DNA from: a virus
Taxonomy: Duplodnaviria; Caudoviricetes
DNA: 64,000 nt
Reading direction: 5' to 3' (one strand)
Virus record (IMG/VR): IMGVR_UViG_3300028175_000001
Below, in pieces: positions 45,680 through 57,300 of the stretch (positions are counted from its first letter, which is position 1; each line of letters starts with the position of its first letter). Position numbers and translations under genes: made by a program. The notes below the pieces were generated by a model, which had not been told where the DNA came from, ran no database searches, and saw only the letters and a program-made list of their open reading frames with translations.

Positions 45680-47461
45680 TTAAAACTCCAATACAATCTT
45701 AAAATCTTCTACTTGATTTTGTAGTCTAGTAATTTTAGCTCTATTTTCAATATAAAGCACATCTCCACTATATAATTTCATTTCGGGTTGAATGACACCA
45801 TCTGCTGAAATGGTTCCTGTTGAACTTGTGTTTGCACCAGTCACAACATTGCTGTCTTCAAAACTGCCCTTTACTTCATTTATTCTTAGTGTTGTAGTAT
45901 TTAGAAAATCAACAACAACACCATTAGCTGTACTAGTTGCTAAAGTCGATCCCGTATAAACTTTTTCGTTTGGTTGAAAATCACCCGCAACGCTTCCTAA
46001 AAATAAAGTGGTAGATTGATCAGATAATGAATCTGTAAAAAACGCAAGAGTATTTGCAGTTTGTAGGGGGTCTCTCAATAAACCAACTTGTCTATAATCA
46101 TTAGATGTTGTAAATCTCCCCGATTCATTACCGGAAATGCGAGTATCAATCAAAATTCTATTTCCACCTAATTCTTCAATAGCATTTATTCCATGTCCAC
46201 CAATTGGTCCAATAATAACTGTGGCATTTGCCCCTGCTCCATGACTCGAATTAGCATAAATAGTTGCTTCCGCTACTGTATAATTTAATCCTGATTGAGT
46301 AACAACTATTTCAGTTACACCCAGTAACTCAGTTCCTCTCGCTCTCCCTTTAAACAATGATCCATCCCCATTTAATGTAATAGACGGAGTTACTTCATAA
46401 CCGGAAACAGTATTTGGTGTAACACTAAAAGCAGGTGAAACAGTTATTCTCTGAAGCAAGGCATCATACTGAGTGATAGTAGTTTGTTCACCCTGTCCCG
46501 CATTATTTACTATAAAAATTGTTGAATTTACATATAGATCATTTAGTGTATTATTTGCACCCGATGATAATTGCATTACGGTGGAATTAGTTACACTTGC
46601 AAAAAATCCAGTATCAAATTTATATGTTGATGCGGGCTCGACAGAAATTGTTGCTCTAGAATTAGAAGATTCCCCTAACACAATTTCACCAACAGTAAAT
46701 TTCGTGTTTCCTGCACTAATATCATAAATTAAACTATTTGCCGCTGAAACAAAACTGATAAGAGATCCATATTGATTGGATGTTTGACCATGCAACACTT
46801 CACCAATAATAAAATCTTGATCATCACCAGCTGAATTTATAGGACCAGCAGTAAATTCAGCGTTAAAATAACCATTCGCAGTTTTATTAATAATATCTAT
46901 TTGCCCATCAACAGTAGCATCTTCGATTGCGGATTGTCTAGCATCTATACTTTTTTGTACAGGAATATAATCAGCCGTTACAAATTTTAAAGTATCCTGA
47001 GACGTAACTGTATACATGTATTTCCACTTATACCCATCGGCAATTTCAATAACCGCTGTACCAGTACCAGTTGGTTGAATTGTTGAAGTACCATTTGATA
47101 AATTATTTTGTAAACACTTATATACATTTAAGTCTTCTGTGACAACATAAAAATTATTTGATAATTGGTCTGGATTTGTATGAGTATAAGCAGTATATGA
47201 AGTATTTGATTCCCAATTTATCCTTGCAATAACATGTTTAACATCTGCAGGAGTAACCTTTTTTGCGGCAATCATCTGATCCCAATAACTATATAAAGTG
47301 TTCGCTACAGCTTCATTAGGTGCAGGTGGATTGGTTTCATCATCCCACTCCTGAACTTTTCCTATAAACAAATATAAATTTGTTGCTGAAGTTTCACTAA
47401 GAGACTCAATAAATTGCTCTGCGTTGTGTATTTTAAATTTTGTCGTTACTAGTCTAGCCAT
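45680..47461 (-). CDS. gp8: Baseplate wedge protein
   Basis: LYLFIGK...W...PPAP, VYKCLQNN, DGYKWKYMYT, GPIGGHG...EELG, SGDVLYIENR. Confidence 0.9.
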   Translation of the reverse strand: MARLVTTKFKIHNAEQFIESLSETSATNLYLFIGKVQEWDDETNPPAPNEAVANTLYSYWDQMIAAKKVTPADVKHVIARINWESNTSYTAYTHTNPDQLSNNFYVVTEDLNVYKCLQNNLSNGTSTIQPTGTGTAVIEIADGYKWKYMYTVTSQDTLKFVTADYIPVQKSIDARQSAIEDATVDGQIDIINKTANGYFNAEFTAGPINSAGDDQDFIIGEVLHGQTSNQYGSLISFVSAANSLIYDISAGNTKFTVGEIVLGESSNSRATISVEPASTYKFDTGFFASVTNSTVMQLSSGANNTLNDLYVNSTIFIVNNAGQGEQTTITQYDALLQRITVSPAFSVTPNTVSGYEVTPSITLNGDGSLFKGRARGTELLGVTEIVVTQSGLNYTVAEATIYANSSHGAGANATVIIGPIGGHGINAIEELGGNRILIDTRISGNESGRFTTSNDYRQVGLLRDPLQTANTLAFFTDSLSDQSTTLFLGSVAGDFQPNEKVYTGSTLATSTANGVVVDFLNTTTLRINEVKGSFEDSNVVTGANTSSTGTISADGVIQPEMKLYSGDVLYIENRAKITRLQNQVEDFKIVLEF

Positions 47462-47466
47462 ATATG

Positions 47467-47474
47467 TATTTATA
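47467..47474 (-). promoter_or_regulatory. T4-type late promoter TATAAATA for gp8
   Basis: Exact motif 5 nt before ATG 47461. Confidence 0.7.
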
Positions 47475-47488
47475 TCAATAAAAAGTTT

Positions 47489-50400
47489 TTATGCTTGTAT
47501 AAATTTAGATGTTTGATTATTAAATGTTGATAGTATTTCAAATTTAAAACTACCCTCGTTTGAGGTGTTTCCAGAGTATCCCGCATTAGCAGTACCAATT
47601 CCATCTTCAAGAAGCATCAGTCCCGTAGAACTTGAATTAATAGACAAATTCATGAAATTATTTGAACCATCATAAGGATTCGATAAAGATATTGTACCTT
47701 CGTTTCTTTCTAGATCAAAATTTCTTAAAGTATGTAAGGTTACAGTTTGGTCAGTTGTTCCATCACCTATTGCTCTATTTAAAGTTAAAGTTTGATCCGT
47801 TATTGATAAAATTTTTGCTTTAAATAACTCATCAGAAGACACTGTAATAATATCATTTACCAATAAATCTTCACCAAAAACAGAATTTTGTCCTTCTAAA
47901 TTAGTATTTCCTGATAAAATACCATTCGTATTGGTTGTCCCTCTTACTGTAGATTCAAGCAAATTATAATGCAGTATATCATCATTATCGAATTTAGTAG
48001 ACGTAGGATCGATATTATTTAAAACAAACTTATCACTATTTTCTGTAATAAAAAATTCACTTGATTCAGACATAAAATTAAAAGAAATATCCGTACTTAT
48101 TGCAGTATTTCCCACTAAACATGTAGAATTAATTATTTCAATTACTTCTGCAAGTTGCAAAGTTGATGATGGTTTAATCCTATCATTTATTCTAAAATCT
48201 GCCTGAAAATCTGTCGATATACCAAAAATCACATTTGATTTAATATATTGAAATGATGCAGTTGTAATTAGATCAGCATTTCGATATATACTATCTTCTA
48301 ATGCAATAATTGATACTCCATCTTCTTCCAATACAAGATCGCCTATCAAATCAGCAGAAGTTCCTTCTAAAATCATATTATATGTTGTTATATCAAGTAA
48401 TGAAGTATTACCAACTGTAGAATTTGCGTTGCTTGAAATGTCAAATTGACCATTACAAGAATGTAAAATTAATATATTATTATTTGATGCATCTAATTCA
48501 TGTTTAAGCACAATCCCTGTTACCAATTCATTCGATGCGGCTCTTACTTGTGTAACTATACTATTTGATATAAAATTAGCACTAGCATTAAAATCATTTG
48601 GTATCGTTGTAGTTTGGGGATAAGTTGCACCCATTCCTATAATAGAAATAACATTTGTTGATGATGATGATATTGTTCCTGCTAAATAATTTTCTAATCT
48701 TAATTCTCCATAAGAAATTTCAAAAGATTGTTCATTGTCAATAATTACTTGGTCTCCCTCAGCATAGGTTAGTCCGAAATCAGTAGCTATTGGATTATTA
48801 AATGCTAATTTTACACTATCTTCTAATATAAGAATTCCTCCAGAATCTAGAGTCATATAAGCATTTACTGTTCCTTGTAATATATTAGATCCACCCGTTA
48901 AAGAAATTAATCCTAAAGATAAATTTTGATTATTATTAAATATAATTTCATGTTTTGGATCGGAAGATTCTTCTAACAAAATATCATCATCATCTTCTTT
49001 TATCGCAAAATCTCCGCCTTCATATTTTAATTTATTATCAAAACCAACATTCAGTTCAACGAGTTCTGGTGTAAATTCTCCAAAAAGTTTTGTTCCCGTA
49101 GGATGTAATAATTTAAAAATTATTTCTTGATAGTCGTTGAGTTGTTTATTTACAATTAAAGAATAAGAATAGTCTTGATAAAAATCACTATCAATGAGTT
49201 TTTTATTAGAACTTAATTGCCCATTTTCATCAAGATATATTCCCTCTTCTTTTCTCTGCGCACCAATTCTTGCAGTTAAAACCGCATTTTCTTCACCAAG
49301 ACCAGGCAATGATACTTGAGGAGAAGATGTAAACCCAATTCCAGGATCTTGAATTATTATTGATTTAATAGAACCGCTACCAACATCAGCGGCAGAAACA
49401 CCAATAATTGCATTATTTCCTAAATCTCCCCCGGAAGAAAAAGCAACACCTGTATTTACAGTTGCAACCGCTCCCGATTTGGAACCAGTAATAATGTCAT
49501 TTGAAGCAAAATCAACAGAAGAAAAAGCATATTCATCATCAACACTATGACCAAAAGGCAATGTAAATTTTACAGAAATATTTTCATCATATGTAATAGT
49601 TCCGGTTGCAGGAGTTACTGGAGAACCGTTTACAGTATACGTAAAAACAGTTGTATTTGCTAGTGCAATTGTTGCGTTCTTATTATATTCTAATTGATCT
49701 GCTCCTTTAATAGCAACTATTTGACCATCAACTAAACCATGTTTCCCATATGTGATCACTGTTGCGGTCGTACTGGAACGTGTAATGCTTGTTATACCAA
49801 AATTTAATGTCTGATAACCACCCGTTATTTCTATTCCGCCTGATGAAGGATACCAATCACATGTTAAATTATTGTTAGCACTATTAAACAATTCTCTAGA
49901 ATCAATACCCCGTCTATATTTTATTGTATTAATAAGGGATGATCCCCCAGAGACAAATCGTAAATGATATACTGATGGCTGTGAAGATGTTAAATAAGAA
50001 GAATTGTTTACAAGTATATCATTTCTTTGATCTGCAGGAATCTTTCGAGTTACTAGTTCATCTAGAAATTTTATAGTCTTTACTCTCATCCTAGAAGGAT
50101 CGGCAATACTAGATTGAGAAGTAACTTCGCCAAAAAATGTACCTATTTTATTTCCACTGTTTGAAGTAATTTTTTCTCCAGGAACAAAAAAATCTGTAAT
50201 TGCAGTTGTTAAACTATGGTCATCAGGATCGGCATTTAAATTTAAAATTTGAACAGCCGCTTCTGTAAATTCTTCAGTGGTGGGCTCTACAATTGATATC
50301 GCAGGAATAGCCTCATACCCGGTACCTGATCCGGTTGTTTGTATACTAGAAATGTGTCCCGCATCTAGTTTAGAAAAACCCAACGCATCAATCAATTTAT

Positions 50401-51730
50401 CACTTATATTTGATCCAGTATTTCCACTCAATTCATATTCAGGATCATTTAAAAAAACTGATGAAAAATTTCCTATTATGTCTTCATTTTTCGAAAATGT
50501 AAAAGTATCAATGATATCTTTAACTTTACCATCAAAACCACTTCCCAATGTAGCAAAATTATTTACAGTCAACGTTTTATTTTCAACATATCCGTCTCCA
50601 CCATCAAACACAGTAAAATGAGTTAATGAACCAGCACCAATAGTTGATATTTTTGCTTTTGCTTCAACGCCCCCTCCACCAGTGATTGTGAGTTTTTGGC
50701 CTATTTTATAGTTCGATCCTGCTGAAGAAATGATAATTTCAGTTATTAATCCTTGTGATACACCTGTACCATACACTCCATCAACATCATTTGAAATAAT
50801 TTCTTCGCCTACAATAAATGTTCCACTTTGGTCGGTTAAAAACAATTCCATTACATCAAAAACACCAGCCGCAAATTTCAAAACACGATTTACAATTCCA
50901 AATGCACCAGATCGACTTCCTGTAATAGAATGGCTTTCAAATGATGATACGGGATCTGAAGTAATAATTCTAATAGATTGATCTTGTTGCCAATTACCAG
51001 AAGAAGGCTTAAGTATGTCTATTTTTGGGGTATAAAAAGTAAGAGCTTGTGTATCATATAAAGACTTAAATAAAAAATCGTATGAAGCACTTGTTCCTTT
51101 TGATCTGTAAACATTAGATATATGTTTTATTAAACGAGATTTATCTGCACGTAGCTTCATGGGAAAGTTTACTAAAAATTCTTTAGTAAAATTATCCAAC
51201 ATAGATGATGTAACACTATCGATATCTCTTGATTTTAATAATGTTCTTGATGCGAAAAGGGGATTTTTTTCAAAACTAATTACAGTACCAATTGTGCGAT
51301 TATTCGATCCTTTTATTATTTCGCCTACTTCAAAATCTAATTTTGTTACATTTGTTACATAAATTTTACTTGACGCCGTATTAGTGTTTCTATCAACCCT
51401 ACCCGTAGCACCTGAACTTAAACCAGTTATTGTTTCGTTTAAATCATAGGCGCTACTAGAATTTCTATTTCCCTCCAGTAATAAGTCATCAGACGTTTCT
51501 AAAATAAAACTACCTTGTTCAGACTCTAAATTAAAATGATACTCGTCTTGAATCACCATTGAAATAGTTAATTCATGTGATTCCATCCATCTATAATAAA
51601 GTTTTAAAAACTCAGAAAAAATTGGACCTTCTTCTTTAACGAAATCTGGTAATTGAGTATCTATTAAATTAGATATTTTACCCACTAATTTAATATTATC
51701 TTCGTCTTTTAAGAAATCGTATTCTGACAT
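47489..51730 (-). CDS. gp7: Baseplate wedge initiator
   Basis: QLPDFVKEE...FLKLYYRWME, YRSKGT...FLFKSLY, DSDFYQDYSY, HPTGTKLFGE; follows gp6. Confidence 0.85.
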   Translation of the reverse strand: MSEYDFLKDEDNIKLVGKISNLIDTQLPDFVKEEGPIFSEFLKLYYRWMESHELTISMVIQDEYHFNLESEQGSFILETSDDLLLEGNRNSSSAYDLNETITGLSSGATGRVDRNTNTASSKIYVTNVTKLDFEVGEIIKGSNNRTIGTVISFEKNPLFASRTLLKSRDIDSVTSSMLDNFTKEFLVNFPMKLRADKSRLIKHISNVYRSKGTSASYDFLFKSLYDTQALTFYTPKIDILKPSSGNWQQDQSIRIITSDPVSSFESHSITGSRSGAFGIVNRVLKFAAGVFDVMELFLTDQSGTFIVGEEIISNDVDGVYGTGVSQGLITEIIISSAGSNYKIGQKLTITGGGGVEAKAKISTIGAGSLTHFTVFDGGDGYVENKTLTVNNFATLGSGFDGKVKDIIDTFTFSKNEDIIGNFSSVFLNDPEYELSGNTGSNISDKLIDALGFSKLDAGHISSIQTTGSGTGYEAIPAISIVEPTTEEFTEAAVQILNLNADPDDHSLTTAITDFFVPGEKITSNSGNKIGTFFGEVTSQSSIADPSRMRVKTIKFLDELVTRKIPADQRNDILVNNSSYLTSSQPSVYHLRFVSGGSSLINTIKYRRGIDSRELFNSANNNLTCDWYPSSGGIEITGGYQTLNFGITSITRSSTTATVITYGKHGLVDGQIVAIKGADQLEYNKNATIALANTTVFTYTVNGSPVTPATGTITYDENISVKFTLPFGHSVDDEYAFSSVDFASNDIITGSKSGAVATVNTGVAFSSGGDLGNNAIIGVSAADVGSGSIKSIIIQDPGIGFTSSPQVSLPGLGEENAVLTARIGAQRKEEGIYLDENGQLSSNKKLIDSDFYQDYSYSLIVNKQLNDYQEIIFKLLHPTGTKLFGEFTPELVELNVGFDNKLKYEGGDFAIKEDDDDILLEESSDPKHEIIFNNNQNLSLGLISLTGGSNILQGTVNAYMTLDSGGILILEDSVKLAFNNPIATDFGLTYAEGDQVIIDNEQSFEISYGELRLENYLAGTISSSSTNVISIIGMGATYPQTTTIPNDFNASANFISNSIVTQVRAASNELVTGIVLKHELDASNNNILILHSCNGQFDISSNANSTVGNTSLLDITTYNMILEGTSADLIGDLVLEEDGVSIIALEDSIYRNADLITTASFQYIKSNVIFGISTDFQADFRINDRIKPSSTLQLAEVIEIINSTCLVGNTAISTDISFNFMSESSEFFITENSDKFVLNNIDPTSTKFDNDDILHYNLLESTVRGTTNTNGILSGNTNLEGQNSVFGEDLLVNDIITVSSDELFKAKILSITDQTLTLNRAIGDGTTDQTVTLHTLRNFDLERNEGTISLSNPYDGSNNFMNLSINSSSTGLMLLEDGIGTANAGYSGNTSNEGSFKFEILSTFNNQTSKFIQA

Positions 51731-51731
51731 A

Positions 51732-53597
51732 TTAATAATTCACTATTGTAGTTTGAGTTGTTGCGGAATCAGTAGTAATAACTTGAGTTTGGTCAATAAC
51801 TGTGGAAACATCATTCATTTTCAAATTAATATCCATTTCTTGAATTGTAATTAATTGCGCCCTCAAAGATAAAACATCACTTAAAACTGGTATCATTATT
51901 ATGCTAATTTCATTACCAATATATGAAAAAGGATCAAAAGCATTTAATATTAGTTTTCCAGTTATATAATTAACTGTACCAATATTATCTCTAACAAACA
52001 ATTCAGTTCCTTCAGAATTTATTCTATAGATTTTTAGCACACCATTAAAATCTTTTATTCTACAGCCCTGTCTTAAAACATTTTGGTCATCTGTAATAGT
52101 AAATGAAGTAGAAGATATAGTAGCAGAATGATTCAAGTGAGGATGACTAATAGGATTATTATAGTTTAAAATATATGTTGATGAAGTATTCAATATTGGA
52201 GTTATTGTTTTTCTCAATCTAATAGCACAATCATTACCTAATATAGAAAAATCAGTACTGTCAATTTTTGTTTGTAATTTTGACAGTCTAAATGTCTGTT
52301 CGAATTTATAAAGGTCCTCAGAAACATATGATTGTATAGACCTTATAATACCACTTCTTAATGTTTGTGAAGTTTTTATTGTTTTTCGAGAATCAAAATT
52401 AACAGTTGTTGTTAATAAAATATAGATATAATCTAAATCAACAAACTCAGGCGTTATAGACGCAACGTTATATTTTTTAATAATATTGGTTTTAATATGA
52501 TTTTTTATCGAATCAGTTAAATAAAGTCCTGATTTAGGTTTTATGCCTATAAAAACCTTCCCATATTCTGGTGGATCTGCATCTTCTCCGCCATATACAA
52601 CTATTGATTCTGCTAACGGATAATCTCTTAATATTATTCTTTTATAATCGTCCGTTGTTACTGCTCGATTTTGAGTACTATAGTGCCTAGGAGCATTAAA
52701 TCTTATAGAATTAATAGTTTCTTCTTCTGACCCACCCTCTGCTTTACTATTAGTCGTAATATTAACGGCCGAATAACCACCAGCAGTTGTCGCAACAGCG
52801 AAATTATTTGCACCATTTCCTAAACCACCCGAGCAGATATTATAATTAATAATAACAATATTACCCGTTATTAATTTTCTTCCTAAAACCCCGTCTCCAA
52901 ATTTTATTTCGGTTAAAAAATCTGTACTTTCTTCTATAAAAAACACATTTGACGTTGAACTAAGTTCAATCAAATCGGATGCTTGATTATAAGGAGATAA
53001 TATTGTACTAGAAGAATTTTCTTTAATAGAAACTGTAATTGTCGAATGGTCAACTCCTCTATTAGGGACAGTAAATCTTTGTGACGAATCTTGTGTATTA
53101 GCAGTATAATTATAAGTTAAAGGATCTCCCTCGATTAATGAAACATTTTGCACAACAACAGTTGCATTATCAGAATTTGCAGTTGTTGAATATGACTGAT
53201 CTGTTACAAAAGTATAATTAATACCATTTATGGCAGAACCGAATCTTGTATTTTTTGCTATAGTAATATTTGCTGGAGCATCATCAGGAGTTATTGATAT
53301 ATTTACATTTGCTTTTGCGCCGGTTCTTGATTTTGGAACATATCCTAATAGTTTAGACAAAGAAATCATGGCACTTCTGGTAGTCGCTGAATCTATAAAC
53401 ATTTCATTTGCAACCATGTTCAAATAAAAAGCATTATAATGAGTATTGTACGCTAAAATATCTAATAAATGAGCAATAGTAGAACCATCTAAATTATAGT
53501 CTCTAAAAACATCTTGTTCTTTAAGATAGCTTTTAAAATTGGTTTTTATTTGATCAAAATCTAATTCTGAAACTCTTAATTTAGTAGTTTCTGACAT
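51732..53597 (-). CDS. gp6: Baseplate wedge subunit
   Basis: ELDFDQIK, LLDILAYNTHYNAFYLNMVANEMFIDSA, QNRAVTTDDY, PPEYGKVFIGIKP. Confidence 0.96.
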   Translation of the reverse strand: MSETTKLRVSELDFDQIKTNFKSYLKEQDVFRDYNLDGSTIAHLLDILAYNTHYNAFYLNMVANEMFIDSATTRSAMISLSKLLGYVPKSRTGAKANVNISITPDDAPANITIAKNTRFGSAINGINYTFVTDQSYSTTANSDNATVVVQNVSLIEGDPLTYNYTANTQDSSQRFTVPNRGVDHSTITVSIKENSSSTILSPYNQASDLIELSSTSNVFFIEESTDFLTEIKFGDGVLGRKLITGNIVIINYNICSGGLGNGANNFAVATTAGGYSAVNITTNSKAEGGSEEETINSIRFNAPRHYSTQNRAVTTDDYKRIILRDYPLAESIVVYGGEDADPPEYGKVFIGIKPKSGLYLTDSIKNHIKTNIIKKYNVASITPEFVDLDYIYILLTTTVNFDSRKTIKTSQTLRSGIIRSIQSYVSEDLYKFEQTFRLSKLQTKIDSTDFSILGNDCAIRLRKTITPILNTSSTYILNYNNPISHPHLNHSATISSTSFTITDDQNVLRQGCRIKDFNGVLKIYRINSEGTELFVRDNIGTVNYITGKLILNAFDPFSYIGNEISIIMIPVLSDVLSLRAQLITIQEMDINLKMNDVSTVIDQTQVITTDSATTQTTIVNY

Positions 53598-54074
53598 TTA
53601 ATTACCTCTTGTTGATTCTAAAAATGCTGTAAATGTTACTGGTTCAGATTCATTTACAACTGAAAAAATTATCTTAATGCGATAACCTGCACCATCTCTC
53701 TCATTATTAACAATTACGTCTAATATATTTGCTCTGGGTTCAAAGTTCGCAACTACAGATCTAATTTCATCTTCAATCAATTGTTCAGTAATTATATCGT
53801 GCGGCTCAAATAACAAATCCATTATGTTTGAACCAATACCGGGCTGAAACACCCTTTCAAATTTTCTAGTTAGAATTAATTTTTTCAAAGATTCTTTTAC
53901 TGCATTAGACCCTGTTTTTAAAGCAAGGTCTCCTGTATTAGGATTATGATAAAATTGTATATTTAAATCTCTAGGTGATAGTAGAGACAAAAATCTAATT
54001 GATTGCCTATCAGTAAGATCTAGTTGAGCCTGATCAAAGGTATAAAAGTCTTCTTGAGTTGAATTTGTAGCCAT
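53598..54074 (-). CDS. gp25: Baseplate wedge subunit
   Basis: NPNTGDL...AVKESLKKLILTRKFERVFQPGIGS...LLFEP...NFEPRA; start moved to ATG 54074 (late promoter 5 nt upstream; avoids overlap with the upstream gene). Confidence 0.9.
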   Translation of the reverse strand: MATNSTQEDFYTFDQAQLDLTDRQSIRFLSLLSPRDLNIQFYHNPNTGDLALKTGSNAVKESLKKLILTRKFERVFQPGIGSNIMDLLFEPHDIITEQLIEDEIRSVVANFEPRANILDVIVNNERDGAGYRIKIIFSVVNESEPVTFTAFLESTRGN

Positions 54075-54079
54075 ATGTA

Positions 54080-54087
54080 TATTTAGT
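54080..54087 (-). promoter_or_regulatory. Probable late promoter ACTAAATA for gp25
   Basis: CTAAATA variant 5 nt before ATG, same spacing as at gp8. Confidence 0.55.
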
Positions 54088-54096
54088 CTTATTTTC

Positions 54097-54336
54097 TTAT
54101 GAGAGAGTTCCTTTGCCTGTTCCCGCTCCAGAACCCGTTGTTGGACCCCCACCAGTTGAGCATACACCAACTCCAGTGGTTACAGTAGTCACTGAAGTAG
54201 TAACATCTGCGGCACTTACATAAGTGTGTATTGCAGTAGCCAATAATTCAGCAACTTTTTCTTCTGATCCTGCCGCAGATCCAATTTTAAATGCGGACTT
54301 TATATTAGTTTCTAATGTTTTTTTAAGCAGTGGCAT
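54097..54336 (-). CDS. Small baseplate/spike-region protein
   Basis: 79 aa, LATAIHTYV...GSGAGTGKG; AAGGAG RBS. Confidence 0.6.
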   Translation of the reverse strand: MPLLKKTLETNIKSAFKIGSAAGSEEKVAELLATAIHTYVSAADVTTSVTTVTTGVGVCSTGGGPTTGSGAGTGKGTLS

Positions 54337-54345
54337 ACTGTCTCC

Positions 54346-57300
54346 TTATGCGGCAGTTGTGAATGAATTAAACCACGTTACATTTGTGGTTAAAGATTTT
54401 CCCCCTTCATTTGTTCCCCCCACAGTAGATCCGACTCTTAAAAAATATCGAGTTCCCGCACTTAAACTTGCACCAAGTTGTATTTTTATTTGTGTTCCGA
54501 ATTTACCGCACGGTGTAAGTGTTCCATTACCTATAGCGATAGTGGTTCCTGGAGAAAAATCATGAGCCGTTCCTAATTCTATTTCTGAATTCAATGCAAA
54601 CGATGTCACATCAGGAACTTCATTAAAGTGTATGATAATAGGAGTTGATTTTGATATTACTGAAGATTGACTCGGCATATTTACAGCCAAAGCGGAACCT
54701 ACTTCTAATTCTATTTCTTGACCGTCTGCGGTGTAAACAGAAGCGTTCACTGCTTTAAAATCAATATTTGTGGCAGTATTAGCATAATACAATGTAGTAG
54801 AAAAAGCATTCTGCAAATTCATATCACCTTTATTTTTTGCTGTCTGAGTCACCTTAGCATAGAGGTTTTTATTTTGTGTTAAATTTAAACTCGTGTTTGA
54901 CAATATTGCTGGTTGAAATTCAAATACAGTTTCATTATTTGAAGTAATAAAGCTTGTACTCAATGGTATTGTATTCTGAAACCCGCTATCGTATGAAAGT
55001 AATATATTATAACCACTACGGACAGCGGAATCTACAGCATTAAAATTAATACTTTCATCATCCATTGTTTGATTAAACGTGTAGATAACATTTGACTGAA
55101 CATTAATAGAATTTTTAATTGATCCGCTTGTTGACACTAAACTGCCATCAGTATTAGTAAAAAACACATTTGCTACAATTGCAGTAGATGCGGTTTTAAA
55201 TCCTGCACCAACCAAACCAGCTGTCCCAGCACTTCCTGTCCAAGCATAACCGTTCGATGTTCTTCCTACAATCCTTTCTATTGATGAAGTTCCGGCTAAA
55301 AATTCATTATCTTTTTTATTGTCTCTATACAATATTCTTTTAGTTCCTGATGTAAAAGAAACAACATTTCCTTCTGCGGGATCAGTTATTGCAACATTAT
55401 CAATTGTAAAATTAACAGAACTATTTACTTTACACTCTTCGCCAGGAACCAAGGATTTAATAGATCCATCTTGACCGGGCAATTCCGTATATCTAATAGA
55501 CGTTATAGCAGAATCGACTTCAATAGCATCTAAAATTTGTCCATAACCCTTTGATGTTGTTCCCAAGAACGTATCTCCAGCAGTTAATCCAGTAGTTATT
55601 GTTCCTGTATTTGATTTAATCGTTAAAGTAATAATACCCGATATAATTTCCCCTGGAACAAAATAATCGGCAGAAGAAGGTGGATTGCTTTCTATCGAAA
55701 AAGTTTTTATAGAACTCACATTATCTGCTATCATTTGATTTCCTTCTTGCGAAGAATCACGAACGCTCTTAAAAACTTTTAAAGTATAAACAGTGTTTGC
55801 TGACAAATTCGCTACAGGAGTGAATTTAAATGTATCATTATCTTCATCTGTCGATGATACACGCGGAATCGATGACATTTGTACAACTGTATTGTAATTA
55901 TCAGAAGATAATTGGACTGTCCCGGTAGGCACCGTACTTGTGGTTGCAGAAGTTATTGAATTTATATTCATACTCTCGGAAAACTGAATTACTAAAGATT
56001 CACCATTAAAATTTATGGGAACAGATTGATAATCATCAGGAGAGGTTATTTCAGAAAGAGTTCCGCTTTCAAAAACTTTTCCCGCAAATCCAGAAGCACC
56101 AAAATCACTTGAACCAAATATTTTTTTAATTTCTGGCGGATCTTCGTCTTTTGAATAAATCACTTCTTTACCGGTTATTGGATCTCTGACAACCAAACCA
56201 GTCGCAATACCTTCAGTTGTTGTGAATTCATAAAGACTATTTGTTTTTCCCAAATCTTGAATAGATGTTGTTGCTTTTATTTTATATCGATGTTCTCTTT
56301 TAAGAATTTCAGGAATAACCGCAAAAACAGAATTACCCGCACTTGCTACTATTGAAACGCAAGATTCAATATCTTCAAAACCAGAATCGGATAACTGTAT
56401 TGTGCTTGAAGATGAATCTTGCAAATATGCCCACGAATTAGAAGTTACAAAATCCCCAGTTGATCCATTTGCTGAAATTAAATGAGTACTGTTCGCAACT
56501 ATAATGGTGCTTGTATTCATAGATTGACTGAAATTTATGAATATAGAATTAAATCTTTCATCATAAGTAGCTCCATTATCATTACTAATTTGAAGTTTGG
56601 GATTGCCGGGAGCGGGACTCTGTACACCTGAAAAATTACTAGTTGACCCCATATCATATTGAAAAGTATTTGAAGACGGAACATACAAAACAGTTTTTGT
56701 CGTATTATAAATCGATTGAGTAGATCCAACAATTTTTATAAAACTACCGGTAGATAAATTATGAGGATGATTTGTAGACACAAGAGCAATAGCACCTTTT
56801 CTTGTAATTTGGGTAATTGTCAATTTTCTAGGAAACGATCCTCCATTTTCAGGAAAGGTTGAAATCACTTTCGGAGCCGATGAATGAAAAGGATGCACAT
56901 TATGTTCAGGAGAAGTATTCGCTTTTATATGAAAGCGAGTATAAGTATTCTGGGTCAAAGAAGTTGAAATATCAACTATAGAATTATTAACAAAAGAATC
57001 AGTTGTGATTTTTGCTTCAGAATCAATTGGAACATATGATAGAGTTGAATTATTGAACTTTATTAAGTTCCCTTTTGCACTTGAACTGGTTGGTCCGCTA
57101 TCTTTAATTGTATAAAATGTTTTATTCATCAAGTTATCGAGCCCATTAATCGAATTTTTCTGAGAGACAGATAATGATTTTTTTCTTATAGTATACGTAT
57201 TAGACGCACTATTCGCTGATTTAGACCACATTAATAAATCATTTTTATTCACATTTCTGTAATAATTTAACCCACCGGCATCACTTGCTCTACCATCCAC

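Noticed and set aside
53598-54170. ORF-track start for gp25 at 54170 (similarly 18573, 8054, 9790, 16381, 2655)
   Set aside because: Downstream ATGs give canonical overlaps or promoter spacing and remove long overlaps with upstream genes, so starts were shortened.
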